A stretch of 45,744 nt of DNA from Candidatus Nealsonbacteria bacterium (GCA_003557585.1 PWOE01000113.1:1-45744); one strand, 5' to 3'. Positions 18,258-28,061 are shown, counted from the first letter of the stretch. A program made the numbers and translations. The notes: generated from the letters alone by a model not told the origin.

Positions 18258-18827
18258 TTATCTTTTCTTCCACTGAGGCGCTCTTCTGGCTCTTTTGAGG
18301 CCTGGTTTCTTTCTTTCTCGTCTTCTAGGGTCTCTCGTTAGATAACCGGCTCTTCTGAGTCGTTTTTTAAATTCTGGATTAAAAAGAAACAGAGCTCTAG
18401 AGATTCCATGCCTTATCGCTTCTGCTTGAGCATTTATTCCTCCACCTTTTGTCTTGACTTCAATTCTGAATTTATCGAGACACTTCATCTTTTTCAAAGC
18501 AGCTAAGCAATCTTCTCTTAACTCAAAAAGTGGAAAGTAGTCCTCTAAGCTCTTGTCGTTCACAATGAACTCTTTTTTTCCTTTAACGAAAAGCCTAACC
18601 CTAGCCACTGCCGACTTTCTTCTGCCTGTCGCTTCAAAGTATTGTCGGTCATCAATTGCAACAAATTCTGGCTCTTTAGTTTCTTCAACTTCTTTCTTCA
18701 AAGTTGGCTTAAGAGGCTTCTTCGTCGCAACCTTCTTTTTGTCGGTCTTTTTAATCACCGTGCTTTTTTTAACCGGCTTCTTTTTTTTGACAACCTCTTT
18801 TTTTGTCTTGTTTTTTGTCTTTTCCAT
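18258..18827 (-). CDS. rpsI: 30S ribosomal protein uS9 with Lys-rich N-terminal extension
   Basis: ATGRRKSAVARV, LTRDPRRRERKKPG, PQWKKR. Confidence 0.98.
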   Translation of the reverse strand: MEKTKNKTKKEVVKKKKPVKKSTVIKKTDKKKVATKKPLKPTLKKEVEETKEPEFVAIDDRQYFEATGRRKSAVARVRLFVKGKKEFIVNDKSLEDYFPLFELREDCLAALKKMKCLDKFRIEVKTKGGGINAQAEAIRHGISRALFLFNPEFKKRLRRAGYLTRDPRRRERKKPGLKRARRAPQWKKR

Positions 18828-18836
18828 AATTATCCC

Positions 18837-19211
18837 CTATTTCTCAGAATCAGATTTCTTGGAGAAATTCATTTTCAATCTTTTAATAATTTCAGGTCTA
18901 AGTTTATTTTTGGGTAACATGCCCCAAACTGCTCTTTTGAAGTTTTCGCCTGGTCGACGATTTTTCAGCTTGCTGTAAACTTCTTTCTTTAAACCTCCCA
19001 TGTAACCAGTGTGTCTATAATAGATTTTTTGTTCTTCTTTTTTTCCAGTTGTCTTTATTTTGTCTAAATTATCGATGATTACAAAATCACCCGTATCTTT
19101 GTGAGGTGAATAGTCTGGCTTACCCTTGCCCCTTAAAAGGTCAGCAACTTTAGTGGCAAGACGTCCAAGCACCATTCCTTCTGCATCTATTTTGTGAGTT
19201 TTGCGATCCAT
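18837..19211 (-). CDS. rplM: 50S ribosomal protein uL13 (short form)
   Basis: IDA...LGRLA, GK.KP.YSPH.DTGD, YRHTGY.GG, GMLPKN. Confidence 0.98.
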   Translation of the reverse strand: MDRKTHKIDAEGMVLGRLATKVADLLRGKGKPDYSPHKDTGDFVIIDNLDKIKTTGKKEEQKIYYRHTGYMGGLKKEVYSKLKNRRPGENFKRAVWGMLPKNKLRPEIIKRLKMNFSKKSDSEK

Positions 19212-19216
19212 AATTA

Positions 19217-19564
19217 TTATATAAGCTCAATGAAAACTATTTTAGCACTATCACTTTTTCTTGGTCCAATTTTTGTAATTCTTGTATAACCTCCTCTTCT
19301 TTCGGCATATCGTTTACCGAGATCATCAACCATCTTTTTGACAACTTTTTCAGGCAATATTTTAGCTAACAATCTTCTGCTATTTATCTCATCTTTCTTG
19401 GATTTCGTAATCTGCTTCTCAATAAAACTAGCTACTTCCTTCGCTTTGGCTTCAGTCGTCTTTATCTTTTCTTCCATTACCAACTGACCAGCGAGGTTTC
19501 TCAAAAGCGCCTTTCTTTGATCTTTTTCTCTTGATAATATTCTTCCTTTCTTTAGCTTGCGCAT
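19217..19564 (-). CDS. rplQ: 50S ribosomal protein bL17
   Basis: IKTTEAKAKE, GGYTRI. Confidence 0.98.
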   Translation of the reverse strand: MRKLKKGRILSREKDQRKALLRNLAGQLVMEEKIKTTEAKAKEVASFIEKQITKSKKDEINSRRLLAKILPEKVVKKMVDDLGKRYAERRGGYTRITKIGPRKSDSAKIVFIELI

Positions 19565-19568
19565 CTCT

Positions 19569-20492
19569 TTAAGACTTTAATTCAAAATCAAGCTTTTTCA
19601 AAGCTTTTTTTATCTCTTTCAATCCCTTTTCTCCCATGCCATCAAGTTGCATAATTGATTCTTCATTTCTCTTTAAAAGGCCAGCAACTGTCTTTATATT
19701 GTTCTTGGTTAAGATATTGATTGTTCTGGAACCGATCTTTAAATCTTCTATCTTTGTTTTCTGAAGATCGTCTTCTTCTTTTTCATCATCTTGAATCTCT
19801 TCTATATCTTTTTCTTCTTCTTTAACTAATTGCGAAAAATGATTAACTAAAATTTTTGCTGATTGATTAAAGGCATCTTCTGGGTCTATTGTGCCATCAG
19901 TCTCGATATCAATAAATAGCCTGTCAAAATCAGTTCTCTTGCCAACTCTCATATTTTCAACTCTGAAATTAACATTTCTGATTGGAGTAAATATTGCATC
20001 AACTGAAATTTGACCAATCTCTAATTTTTCACTTTTATCTTGATCAGTTGAAAGATAGCCAAAGCCTCTTTCCACCTGTATCTCCATCTCAAGCTCACTC
20101 TTTTTGTCAGTTAAAGTTGCTATATGAGCATCTTTATTGATTACTTCTAATTGAGTCGGTATATCTATATCCGATGCTTTCACGATTTTCTCTCCCTTGA
20201 TTTTAAGTATTGCTTTTTGTGGTTCAGGAACGTGCATCTTGAATCTTAAAGCCTTGATATTGAGAATAATAGACATCACGTCTTCTAAGACTCCAGGTAT
20301 TGTCGAAAACTCGTGACTAGCATCTTTTATCTTAACTTGAGTCACTGCGGCTCCTTCAAGAGATGAATAAAGAACCCTTCTTAAACTGTTACCTAAAGTA
20401 ACTCCATAGCCTGGATAAAGCCCTTCTATTTCAAAGAGAACTCTATTCTCTTTTTTCTCAACTATTTTTGGAAGTTTTGGCAAAGGAATCAT
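19569..20492 (-). CDS. rpoA: RNA polymerase subunit alpha
   Basis: GYGVTLGNSLRR, HEFSTIPGVLED, VDAIFTPI, alpha-CTD; start moved to the ATG at 20492. Confidence 0.98.
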   Translation of the reverse strand: MIPLPKLPKIVEKKENRVLFEIEGLYPGYGVTLGNSLRRVLYSSLEGAAVTQVKIKDASHEFSTIPGVLEDVMSIILNIKALRFKMHVPEPQKAILKIKGEKIVKASDIDIPTQLEVINKDAHIATLTDKKSELEMEIQVERGFGYLSTDQDKSEKLEIGQISVDAIFTPIRNVNFRVENMRVGKRTDFDRLFIDIETDGTIDPEDAFNQSAKILVNHFSQLVKEEEKDIEEIQDDEKEEDDLQKTKIEDLKIGSRTINILTKNNIKTVAGLLKRNEESIMQLDGMGEKGLKEIKKALKKLDFELKS

Positions 20493-20502
20493 TTTTTTAT
20501 TA

Positions 20503-21132
20503 TTATTTAGAATAAAACTCAAAGATGACTGATGTCTCTACTGGGACATTGGCATCTTCTTCTGAAGGAAGGTCTAGAACCTTGCCTTTCATCTTTTCTT
20601 TATCTAAAGAGAGCCATTGTGGCACTTTATAGTTTTTGATTAAAGTTTTGATTTCTTCAAACTTTTTCTTTTTTCTGGATTCTGCTCTAATCTCAATCTC
20701 ATCATTTTTCTTGATTTCATATGATGGAATATCTACCTTTCTCTTGTTGACCATGAAGTGACCATGATTCACTAATTGTCTTGCTTCAAATCTTGAACTA
20801 GCAAATCCAAATCTATAAACAGTATTGTCAAGCCTGCTTTCAAGCTTTTTCATTAATAAGTCTCCTGCATTTCCACTTCTGCTTCCCTTGGCGAGAGTCT
20901 CTTTAACATATTTTTTAAATTGTCTTTCACTTATATTGTACCACCTTCTTAGTTTTTGCTTTTCAGCAAGCTCCCTGCCGTAACCAGATATCTTTCTGTT
21001 TCTTTTTTTAGATCTAATTCCAGGTGGATAGTTTCTTTTAACTATTTCACATTTTTGACCATAACAACGCTCCCCTTTTAAAAAGAGCTTAACTCCTAAC
21101 CTTCTACATATTTTACATTTCTCTTTGATCAT
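20503..21132 (-). CDS. rpsD: 30S ribosomal protein uS4
   Basis: CKICRR..KLFLKGERC, LESRLDN.VYR, ARQLVNHGH. Confidence 0.98.
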   Translation of the reverse strand: MIKEKCKICRRLGVKLFLKGERCYGQKCEIVKRNYPPGIRSKKRNRKISGYGRELAEKQKLRRWYNISERQFKKYVKETLAKGSRSGNAGDLLMKKLESRLDNTVYRFGFASSRFEARQLVNHGHFMVNKRKVDIPSYEIKKNDEIEIRAESRKKKKFEEIKTLIKNYKVPQWLSLDKEKMKGKVLDLPSEEDANVPVETSVIFEFYSK

Positions 21133-21134
21133 AA

Positions 21135-21584
21135 TTAAACTCGTCTTGGTCTACGTGGTCGGCACCCGTTGTGAGGTATGGGTGTAATATCTTTAATTAA
21201 TATAATATCTAATCCTCTTGAAGCAAGAGATTTAATTGCTGAGTCTCTTCCTCCTCCAATTCCTTTAACAAATATCGATATCTTCTCAATGCCTTCTTTT
21301 TCTGCTTTTTGAGCCAAAACTTCTGCGACTTTGGAAGCAGCAAAAGGAGTCGCTTTCTTTGTTCCTTTGAAACCGATATTACCTGCACTCGACCAAGCTA
21401 AAACGTCACCACTAGAATCGGTTAAAGTGATACTGGTATTGTTGTATGAAGAAGAGATATAGACTCTGCCTTCGGTCAAGCCTCTCCTTTTGGCTTTATT
21501 ACTCTTTTTCATCACCTGGCTGAGCTTGTCTTTCTCTTCTAACAACTCCTCTTTTGTTTGTTGTGCTATTCTTTTTTTACCCAT
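21135..21584 (-). CDS. rpsK: 30S ribosomal protein uS11
   Basis: SSYNNT, GFKGTKKATPFAA, DITPIPHNGCRP. Confidence 0.99.
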   Translation of the reverse strand: MGKKRIAQQTKEELLEEKDKLSQVMKKSNKAKRRGLTEGRVYISSSYNNTSITLTDSSGDVLAWSSAGNIGFKGTKKATPFAASKVAEVLAQKAEKEGIEKISIFVKGIGGGRDSAIKSLASRGLDIILIKDITPIPHNGCRPRRPRRV

Positions 21585-21594
21585 AAATATCTAT

Positions 21595-21984
21595 TTATTT
21601 TGGACTTGGCGGTGGTTTCTTTCCAGAACCAACTGTTATCCTTACATTGCCACGAACTGTTCTACTATTGGTCTTTGTCCTTTGTCCCCTTGCTGGAAGT
21701 CTCTTTGAGTGTCGAGCACCCCGCCAAGAGTCAATCTCTTTCAATCTCTTGATATTCATCATCACCTCTCTTCTTAAATTTCCTTCAATTCTGTGTTTCT
21801 TTTCTATTAAATCTCTGATCGCATTAATCTCTTCTGACTTCAAGTCAGACGCCTTTCGAGAGCCATCTATCTTTAATTCTTTCAATGTTTTTTTACTTAA
21901 GAATGGACCTATACCATAAATGTAGGTTAGCGCTATCTCTATTCTTTTGTTTTCGGGAATAGTTGCTCCCGCAATTCTTAACAT
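21595..21984 (-). CDS. rpsM: 30S ribosomal protein uS13
   Basis: RIAG, LTYIYGIG, LPARGQRTKTNSRT. Confidence 0.99.
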   Translation of the reverse strand: MLRIAGATIPENKRIEIALTYIYGIGPFLSKKTLKELKIDGSRKASDLKSEEINAIRDLIEKKHRIEGNLRREVMMNIKRLKEIDSWRGARHSKRLPARGQRTKTNSRTVRGNVRITVGSGKKPPPSPK

Positions 21985-21986
21985 AT

Positions 21987-22100
21987 TTATCCTTGACGTT
22001 GCTTGTGTCTCTTATTTTTACATATCACATAAACTCGGCCTTTGCGCCGAACAATCTTACAGTCTTTACAAATTTTTTTAACTGACGATTGAACTTTCAT
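21987..22100 (-). CDS. rpmJ: 50S ribosomal protein bL36 (not in the ORF track)
   Basis: Manual translation [37 protein letters not shown]. Confidence 0.98.
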   Translation of the reverse strand: MKVQSSVKKICKDCKIVRRKGRVYVICKNKRHKQRQG

Positions 22101-22140
22101 TTAAATTAAAAATAATCATTCGCCTATATAAAAACGAACC

Positions 22141-22362
22141 TTATTTTTTTCTATAAATTATTCTGCCTCTTGTATCGTCGGGAGAACTCATCTCTACTGT
22201 CACCTTGTCACCAGGCAAAGTTCTGATGCGATACATTCTTAGTTTGCCTGCTAAATGAGCTATAATCTCCTTGCCGTCATCAAGAGTAACTCTAAAATGA
22301 GTGTTTGGCAGTGCTTCGGTTACTATTCCTGACTTTTGAATAACTTCTTTTTTTTCGGTCAT
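22141..22362 (-). CDS. infA: Translation initiation factor IF-1
   Basis: [36 protein letters not shown] at 22362. Confidence 0.97.
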   Translation of the reverse strand: MTEKKEVIQKSGIVTEALPNTHFRVTLDDGKEIIAHLAGKLRMYRIRTLPGDKVTVEMSSPDDTRGRIIYRKK

Positions 22363-22373
22363 TGACGTAGTAG

Positions 22374-22402
22374 ATGCTAACAAAAATTTCGGTTTTAGTC
22401 AA
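22374..22402 (-). promoter_or_regulatory. infA/alpha operon promoter
   Basis: TTGACT-17-TAGCAT with TG extension, 11 nt before the ATG. Confidence 0.6.
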
Positions 22403-23683
22403 CTAAATATCAGCTTCCACCTTTATTTTAATATCTATCTTGTCTGCTTTAGGCATTCTCGTTAGCCAAAATGGATAATAATTTATCTTTGCTTTAAAGA
22501 TGCCTTCATAATTGTTCAAGATAGTCTCTGCCTCATCAATCTTTCTCCTTTCAAGTAGTTTTTTTGTATTAGCTTCTCTAACTCCGTTATAGACAAGAGC
22601 TGAGGCATCAATTCTAAAAATAGCCTCCCCTTTGATTGAATCAAGTGACTTGACTTCGTAAAAGATATCGATGCTATCCAAACAAACTTCTTTAAGAGAC
22701 AAGATGCTGTCACTCTGAGTATCGTTGTCATAATCGTTCAAGATAAAGCTACTTAACATCTCTTTTAAGTCTGATTCCTTGAAAGAAAGTATCTTGAGAT
22801 CTATTTTAACTGAATAATCAAATGATTCAGAATTTTCTCCAACATTGGGATAAACTGATTCTTCAGATATCTCCCATTCCATTAAATCGTTGTCGATAAC
22901 GAAGTCTTCTGATATCTCTTTTTTAAGCTTTTCTCTGGATAAATTCAAGATATCTTGTATCGTAATCTCTCTAGCTTCGCTGACATCCTTGTCTGTTATC
23001 TTGGGCAGCTCTTTGACATAACCACCACTGATCGGTTCGTTGTTTTCGGCATAAATTGAGGTATACATCGGTGTTCCCTGAAGTCCAGGAATTGAAAATT
23101 TCTGACTTTTCTCTATGTTGTAATCCTCCCCGGCTTCTGCCGCAACAACAACTAAATCTATTTTACCTGGTCCCGATGGAGTCCTGCCTGGCACAGAAAC
23201 TCTTTCAACTGAACGGAAAAGCTTGCCTTCTGAAGATATAAATCTAGTGCTGGCTATCAGAATTTGAGGTAATGAAGAATGGTTGTTATAAACTGTTAAA
23301 GTTCCCTGTGCCTTTTCTTCTTTTATCTCTTGACCAGAAGAGATGAAGCTTCTTGATTTCTCCTCTTTCATCTCAAATATCTCACCCGGCATCTCTTGAT
23401 CATCATAATTGAGATGCAAAATTGACGATTGTACTTTTAATTCACCCAAGTAATCTACTTTTTCGGTTTCAGGCCAGATAACGATTTCTCCTTTCAAGAA
23501 TATTGTATGGCTAAATATGATAAACAATACCAAGAAGAAAGCTAAAACGGATAATATAATCTTTGATTTCATTGTTCTTTTTTTCAAAAAAATAAAATTG
23601 CTTCTCTTTTTATTTGAAGAGTTATCTTTATAATCTTTCTCTTTTTTATCGGGGGGAAATATGTCGTATATCTTTTTGGGCAT
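22403..23683 (-). CDS. Single-pass membrane protein with baseplate J/gp47-like segment
   Basis: DIFPP N-terminus, TM helix, A.GTLTVYN...TRF...FR...VPG...V.AAEAGEDYN...GG pattern. Confidence 0.65.
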   Translation of the reverse strand: MPKKIYDIFPPDKKEKDYKDNSSNKKRSNFIFLKKRTMKSKIILSVLAFFLVLFIIFSHTIFLKGEIVIWPETEKVDYLGELKVQSSILHLNYDDQEMPGEIFEMKEEKSRSFISSGQEIKEEKAQGTLTVYNNHSSLPQILIASTRFISSEGKLFRSVERVSVPGRTPSGPGKIDLVVVAAEAGEDYNIEKSQKFSIPGLQGTPMYTSIYAENNEPISGGYVKELPKITDKDVSEAREITIQDILNLSREKLKKEISEDFVIDNDLMEWEISEESVYPNVGENSESFDYSVKIDLKILSFKESDLKEMLSSFILNDYDNDTQSDSILSLKEVCLDSIDIFYEVKSLDSIKGEAIFRIDASALVYNGVREANTKKLLERRKIDEAETILNNYEGIFKAKINYYPFWLTRMPKADKIDIKIKVEADI

Positions 23684-23689
23684 AAAGCT

Positions 23690-23717
23690 ATTATATACTA
23701 TATAAACTCTCTGGCAA
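23690..23717 (-). promoter_or_regulatory. Promoter, predicted leaderless
   Basis: TTGCCA-16-TATAAT-6-ATG. Confidence 0.65.
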
Positions 23718-23724
23718 GAGAAAT

Positions 23725-25566
23725 CTACTCTAACTTCGCTTTAATTCTTCTAACTCCAGAAGAGGAAGCCTCCTCTTTAATTATTTTGAAATTACCTAAC
23801 TCTGAAGTATTTGAGACATGTGGGCCATGACAGATCTCTTTTGAAAAAGAATCAATCGCATAGACTATTACTTTGTCTGGATATCTCTCTCCGAAAGATG
23901 CCAATGCTCCTGATTTCAGAGCTTCATTCAAATCCATCTCTCGGCGAATGATAGGCAAACCTTCTCTTATTTTTCTGTTCACAATCTCTTCCACTTTATT
24001 TATCTCTTCCTCAGTCATCTTCCTGTCAAAAGAGAAATCAAATCTCAATCTTTCTGGATTTATATTGCTCCCTTTCTGAAAAACTTGATCTCCTAACACA
24101 TCCCTTAATGCTTTTAATAAAAGATGAGTGGCAGTGTGTAACTTCTTTGTCTTTTCACTTGAATCGACTAATCCTCCTTTAAAAACTCCAGCTGAAGCAG
24201 TTCTTGAAAGCCTTTTATGTTTTTCATTCTCTTCAATAAATCCTTTTTTATCAAGATTCTGTCCTCTTTCTTGAGCTAATTCCTGAATCATCTCAATCGG
24301 AAAGCCGTAGCTCTGATGTAAAAAGGCTGCATCTTTGGCGCTTATCTCTCTTTTGTCTCTTAATTTATTAAATTCTTTAATGCCACGCTCCAATGTTTTG
24401 TTAAATATCTTTCCTTCTTTCTCTAGCTCCTCTTTAATAAATTCTTTATTCTTTTCAAGCTCAGGGTAGTTGTCTTTATATATTTCAATCACCTTGCTTG
24501 CCACGCGACTCATCCAATTGTCGGAATCAATTCCAATCTCTCTTGCATATCTAATTGCCCTCCTCACTAGCCTTCTAACAAAATATCCCTGATGTTTGTT
24601 TGAAGGAACAACTCCTTTTTCATCTCCGACGATAAAAGTTGCTGCTTTTATATGGTCAGCAATAACTTCAAAGCTTTTTATATCATCCCTGTATCTCTTG
24701 TTTGACATCTCTTCTATCTCTGAAATGATGAGTTTGAAAAGATCTGTCTCAAAAACACTTTCAAGGTTTTCCTTTGCCATGGCTATTCTCTCTAAGCCAC
24801 CTCCAAAATCAACATTCTTATTTTTTATCTCATGCCATCCATCTTCGCTTTTCTGGTACTGCATAAAAACTGAATTGCCAATTTCGATGAATCTGCCGCA
24901 ATCACAATTAAGATGACAGAACTCTCCAAAAGACGGATCGTGCTTCTTATCTGTTTCGTAAAATGTTTCTGAGTCAGGACCACCAAGCTCTCCAATGGCG
25001 TCTCCTCTTTGCCACCAATTCTTATCTTTATAAGCAAATATCTTCTCTTTTGAAAAATCAATTTTAACTCCCGGACCATCTTCGCCCTTTCCTGAAGTCT
25101 CCGGCCCCTCCAGAGCATCGATGCCATATTTCCTGTATATCTTTTTTAGAATCGATATCGACTCATTATCTTTAGAGATAGATTCGTCACCCAGGTAAAC
25201 AGTTTGGTATATTCTTTCGGGATCTATCTTGATAACTTCAAAAAGAAATTCGAACCACCAAGAAAGTTGCTCCTCTTTAAAATAGTCACCTAAAGACCAA
25301 TTGCCAAGCATTTCAAAAAAAGTGGTATGACGTTTGTTGCCTATCTCTTCAATATCGTCACTTCTGAAAGATCTTTGAAAATTAACTAATCTCTTGCCTT
25401 TGGGATGCTTCTCCCCCAAGAGAAAAGGGACCAAAGGAAACATGCCCGAATTAACAAAGAGAAGAGTCGGGTCATTTTCCGGTATCAACGACACGGAAGG
25501 AACGAGATGATGTCCCTTCTCTTTATAAAAAGAGATAAATTTTTCTCTAATTTCAGAAGAATCCAT
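23725..25566 (-). CDS. alaS: Alanine--tRNA ligase (short form, no C-Ala domain)
   Basis: DPTLLFVNSGM, HTTFFEMLGNWS, DFGGGLERI, editing motifs HTATH and CHGPH, GVRRIKA at the C-terminus. Confidence 0.97.
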   Translation of the reverse strand: MDSSEIREKFISFYKEKGHHLVPSVSLIPENDPTLLFVNSGMFPLVPFLLGEKHPKGKRLVNFQRSFRSDDIEEIGNKRHTTFFEMLGNWSLGDYFKEEQLSWWFEFLFEVIKIDPERIYQTVYLGDESISKDNESISILKKIYRKYGIDALEGPETSGKGEDGPGVKIDFSKEKIFAYKDKNWWQRGDAIGELGGPDSETFYETDKKHDPSFGEFCHLNCDCGRFIEIGNSVFMQYQKSEDGWHEIKNKNVDFGGGLERIAMAKENLESVFETDLFKLIISEIEEMSNKRYRDDIKSFEVIADHIKAATFIVGDEKGVVPSNKHQGYFVRRLVRRAIRYAREIGIDSDNWMSRVASKVIEIYKDNYPELEKNKEFIKEELEKEGKIFNKTLERGIKEFNKLRDKREISAKDAAFLHQSYGFPIEMIQELAQERGQNLDKKGFIEENEKHKRLSRTASAGVFKGGLVDSSEKTKKLHTATHLLLKALRDVLGDQVFQKGSNINPERLRFDFSFDRKMTEEEINKVEEIVNRKIREGLPIIRREMDLNEALKSGALASFGERYPDKVIVYAIDSFSKEICHGPHVSNTSELGNFKIIKEEASSSGVRRIKAKLE

Positions 25567-25568
25567 AT

Positions 25569-26261
25569 CTAATTTAAAGCTTTCTCAATTATCTTTTTAA
25601 ATTCTTGATGGTCAAGAGAAGCCGAACCAACCAGCAATCCATCGAAAAGAGACTTTTCAAGATAATCCGAGCAGTTCTCTGAATTAACACTACCGCCATA
25701 TAGTATTTTCGAGAACCTGCCCTTAAAAGAATCGCTAATGAAGCTCCTCATCTCTTTCGCTAATTCCCAATCGCAACTATCACCAGAACCTATCGCCCAA
25801 ACTGGCTCATAGGCGATGATGACCTCTGTTGATTTTGGAATAATTGAAAGCTGTTCTGCCACAATTTTTTCTGCTTCTTTTTTATCTCTCTCCTCTCTTG
25901 TTTCTCCAATACATAAAATCGGTGTAATCCCCTCTTCAATAAGAGCTTTCATCTTTTTTTCGATAATTGAATTGTCTTCTTTTAGATTCCTTCTTCTCTC
26001 TGAGTGACCGATTATAACATATTTGCAACCGATATTTTTCAACATCAACGCTGATGTTTCTCCAGTGAAAGATCCTTTTCTTTCCCAGAATACATCCTGA
26101 GCACCAATCGTCGCTTTTTTAATCTCTTTTTTAACCTCGTTCAAAAAGATTACCGGTGGACAAAGAATGACCCCTCCTTGATCTGAAAAAAAAGCAATCT
26201 CTCTTGCCTTAGAGACATCTTCCGGATTCATCTTCCAATTAGCAACAATTAATTTTTCCAT
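25569..26261 (-). CDS. tpiA: Triosephosphate isomerase
   Basis: ANWKMN, GHSERR, AYEPVWAIG, LYGGSV, DGLLVG. Confidence 0.98.
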   Translation of the reverse strand: MEKLIVANWKMNPEDVSKAREIAFFSDQGGVILCPPVIFLNEVKKEIKKATIGAQDVFWERKGSFTGETSALMLKNIGCKYVIIGHSERRRNLKEDNSIIEKKMKALIEEGITPILCIGETREERDKKEAEKIVAEQLSIIPKSTEVIIAYEPVWAIGSGDSCDWELAKEMRSFISDSFKGRFSKILYGGSVNSENCSDYLEKSLFDGLLVGSASLDHQEFKKIIEKALN

Positions 26262-26265
26262 TGAA

Positions 26266-27279
26266 TTATCTTTGTTTTCTTAGAAATTCCGCTGCCTTTT
26301 CTGGCTCGATAGTTGAAATCTCGATTCCAAAGCCGAGTTCAAAGCCAGCCCAGACAGAGGTTTTTGGCATGATTGTCCAGTGCCAATGATAGTATGAGTG
26401 ATCTTTACCATCTCTTGGAGCAGAGTGAAGGTAAAAGTTGTACGATGGATCTCCCAAAGCTTTATCTAGCTTTCTTAAGACATCTTTAAAAGCTTTAGCT
26501 AAATCTTCCTTCTCTCCTTCTTTAATATCCTGAAAGAAAGAAAGATGTCTTTTGGGAGATATGATTACCTGAAAGGCTGACTTTGAAGCAAATGGGCAGA
26601 GAGCGACAAAGTTTTTGTTTTGGTAAACTATCCTTTTCTTTTTTTTAATCTCCCACTTATTCATCTTGCAATAGACACAATCTTTTTTCTTGGCATATCT
26701 CTTTGCTCTATCAAGGGCATCTTCTAGGTCAGAGTCTATTAAAGGCAAACCAATTATCTGAGAGTGAGGATGATATATTGTAGCACCAGCCTCTACTCCA
26801 TGATTATGAAAGATGGCAACATATTTTATAAGCTTCTCTTTGATTAAACTCTGATATCTGTCTTGGTAGATATCAATCACCTCTTTGATGTGACTCACTG
26901 GCAATCTTGCTAACGATTTGTGGTGGTCTTTAGTGATAACGACCTCGTGAGAACCTATAGCATTCATTCTTTCAAAGAGACTGTTCTCTTTTCTTCTATT
27001 TAGCTTTCCATCTTTAATAAAGGCTGGGTACTTGTTAGGAATAACAACGGTTGTCCATTGCTTTGAGTCTAATTCTTTCTTTTCGCCATTGAAATAAAGA
27101 GCTAGCGGCCTCGCCTGATCTTTTATGTCGCAGAAAGGACAATCTTTTTTAGGCGTTGCTGGTCTCTTTTTTTTAGCCTTGAATGTTGCCGGTCTTTTAC
27201 CTCTACCAGTGGCGATAACGACCCAGTTTTTACTGCTTACATCTAGCCTTAATTCTGAAGGAAACTTATCTTTTTTCAT
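26266..27279 (-). CDS. galT: Galactose-1-phosphate uridylyltransferase family (GalT/HIT)
   Basis: WVVIATGR.KRP, CPFC, NKYPA, GATIYHPHSQ, AGFELG, PEKAAEFLR. Confidence 0.9.
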   Translation of the reverse strand: MKKDKFPSELRLDVSSKNWVVIATGRGKRPATFKAKKKRPATPKKDCPFCDIKDQARPLALYFNGEKKELDSKQWTTVVIPNKYPAFIKDGKLNRRKENSLFERMNAIGSHEVVITKDHHKSLARLPVSHIKEVIDIYQDRYQSLIKEKLIKYVAIFHNHGVEAGATIYHPHSQIIGLPLIDSDLEDALDRAKRYAKKKDCVYCKMNKWEIKKKKRIVYQNKNFVALCPFASKSAFQVIISPKRHLSFFQDIKEGEKEDLAKAFKDVLRKLDKALGDPSYNFYLHSAPRDGKDHSYYHWHWTIMPKTSVWAGFELGFGIEISTIEPEKAAEFLRKQR

Positions 27280-28012
27280 CGTAAAGTCCTTTTAAATGAT
27301 TCCATCTTATCTCAAATAGCTCCTTGAATACTTGAAAGTATCCCTTTATTCCAACTTTACTCTCTGCATCATTTATCCAATGAACCGGAATGATACCTAT
27401 CTTTTTCTTATATCCTCTCTTTTTGGCTAGAAATAGAATTTCAATATCAAAACCCCATCTTTCTATTCTCAGCTTGGGAAATATTTCTTGAACAATTTCA
27501 TCGGTGAATACCTTGAAGCCGCACTGAGTGTCCCATATCCCAGATATAGCAAAGACTTGTATAATTAAGTTACCGATATTACCTAAAATTCTTTTAATAA
27601 GTGGTTGAGGAATCGCCTGCTTGGCTCCCTTGGCATCTTTTGGATCTCGGCTTCCTATAACAATTTTATAGCCTTCATCGAAGAGAGGCCATGCCTTTTC
27701 TATATGATCTATTGATGTTGAATTATCAGCATCCATAAATAGTCTATATTTCCCCTGAGCTATAAGCATTCCTTGCTTAACCACTCCTCCCTTGCCCTTG
27801 TTCTTTACATTGTCAATCAACTTTAAATGAGGAATCTTCTTTTCAAAACTTGTAACTAAATCTGCTGTCTTGTCTTTTGAGCCATCATTTACAACCAATA
27901 TCTCATAGCTGTACTCTTGGTTCTTCAAATAGCCATTTAAAGATTCCAACGTTTTAGAAATTCTTTTTTCTTCGTTATAGGCTGGGATAACAATAGATAG
28001 ATCTTTTGACAT
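27266..28012 (-). CDS. GT2 glycosyltransferase, polyprenyl-phosphate glycosyltransferase (Alg5/DPG-synthase-like)
   Basis: SIVIPAYNEEKRI, NDGS.D, GKGG.V..GM, FMDAD, DTQCGFK, WGFDIE. Confidence 0.92.
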   Translation of the reverse strand: MSKDLSIVIPAYNEEKRISKTLESLNGYLKNQEYSYEILVVNDGSKDKTADLVTSFEKKIPHLKLIDNVKNKGKGGVVKQGMLIAQGKYRLFMDADNSTSIDHIEKAWPLFDEGYKIVIGSRDPKDAKGAKQAIPQPLIKRILGNIGNLIIQVFAISGIWDTQCGFKVFTDEIVQEIFPKLRIERWGFDIEILFLAKKRGYKKKIGIIPVHWINDAESKVGIKGYFQVFKELFEIRWNHLKGLYDEKR

Positions 28013-28061
28013 AATTTATATATTTAACCTCATTAATAATATATCATAGCGAAGCATAAAT

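Noticed and set aside
22516..25127. Alternate-frame minus-strand ORFs 22516..22731 and 24825..25127
   Set aside because: They are nested in intact genes, with no sign of frameshift or independent function
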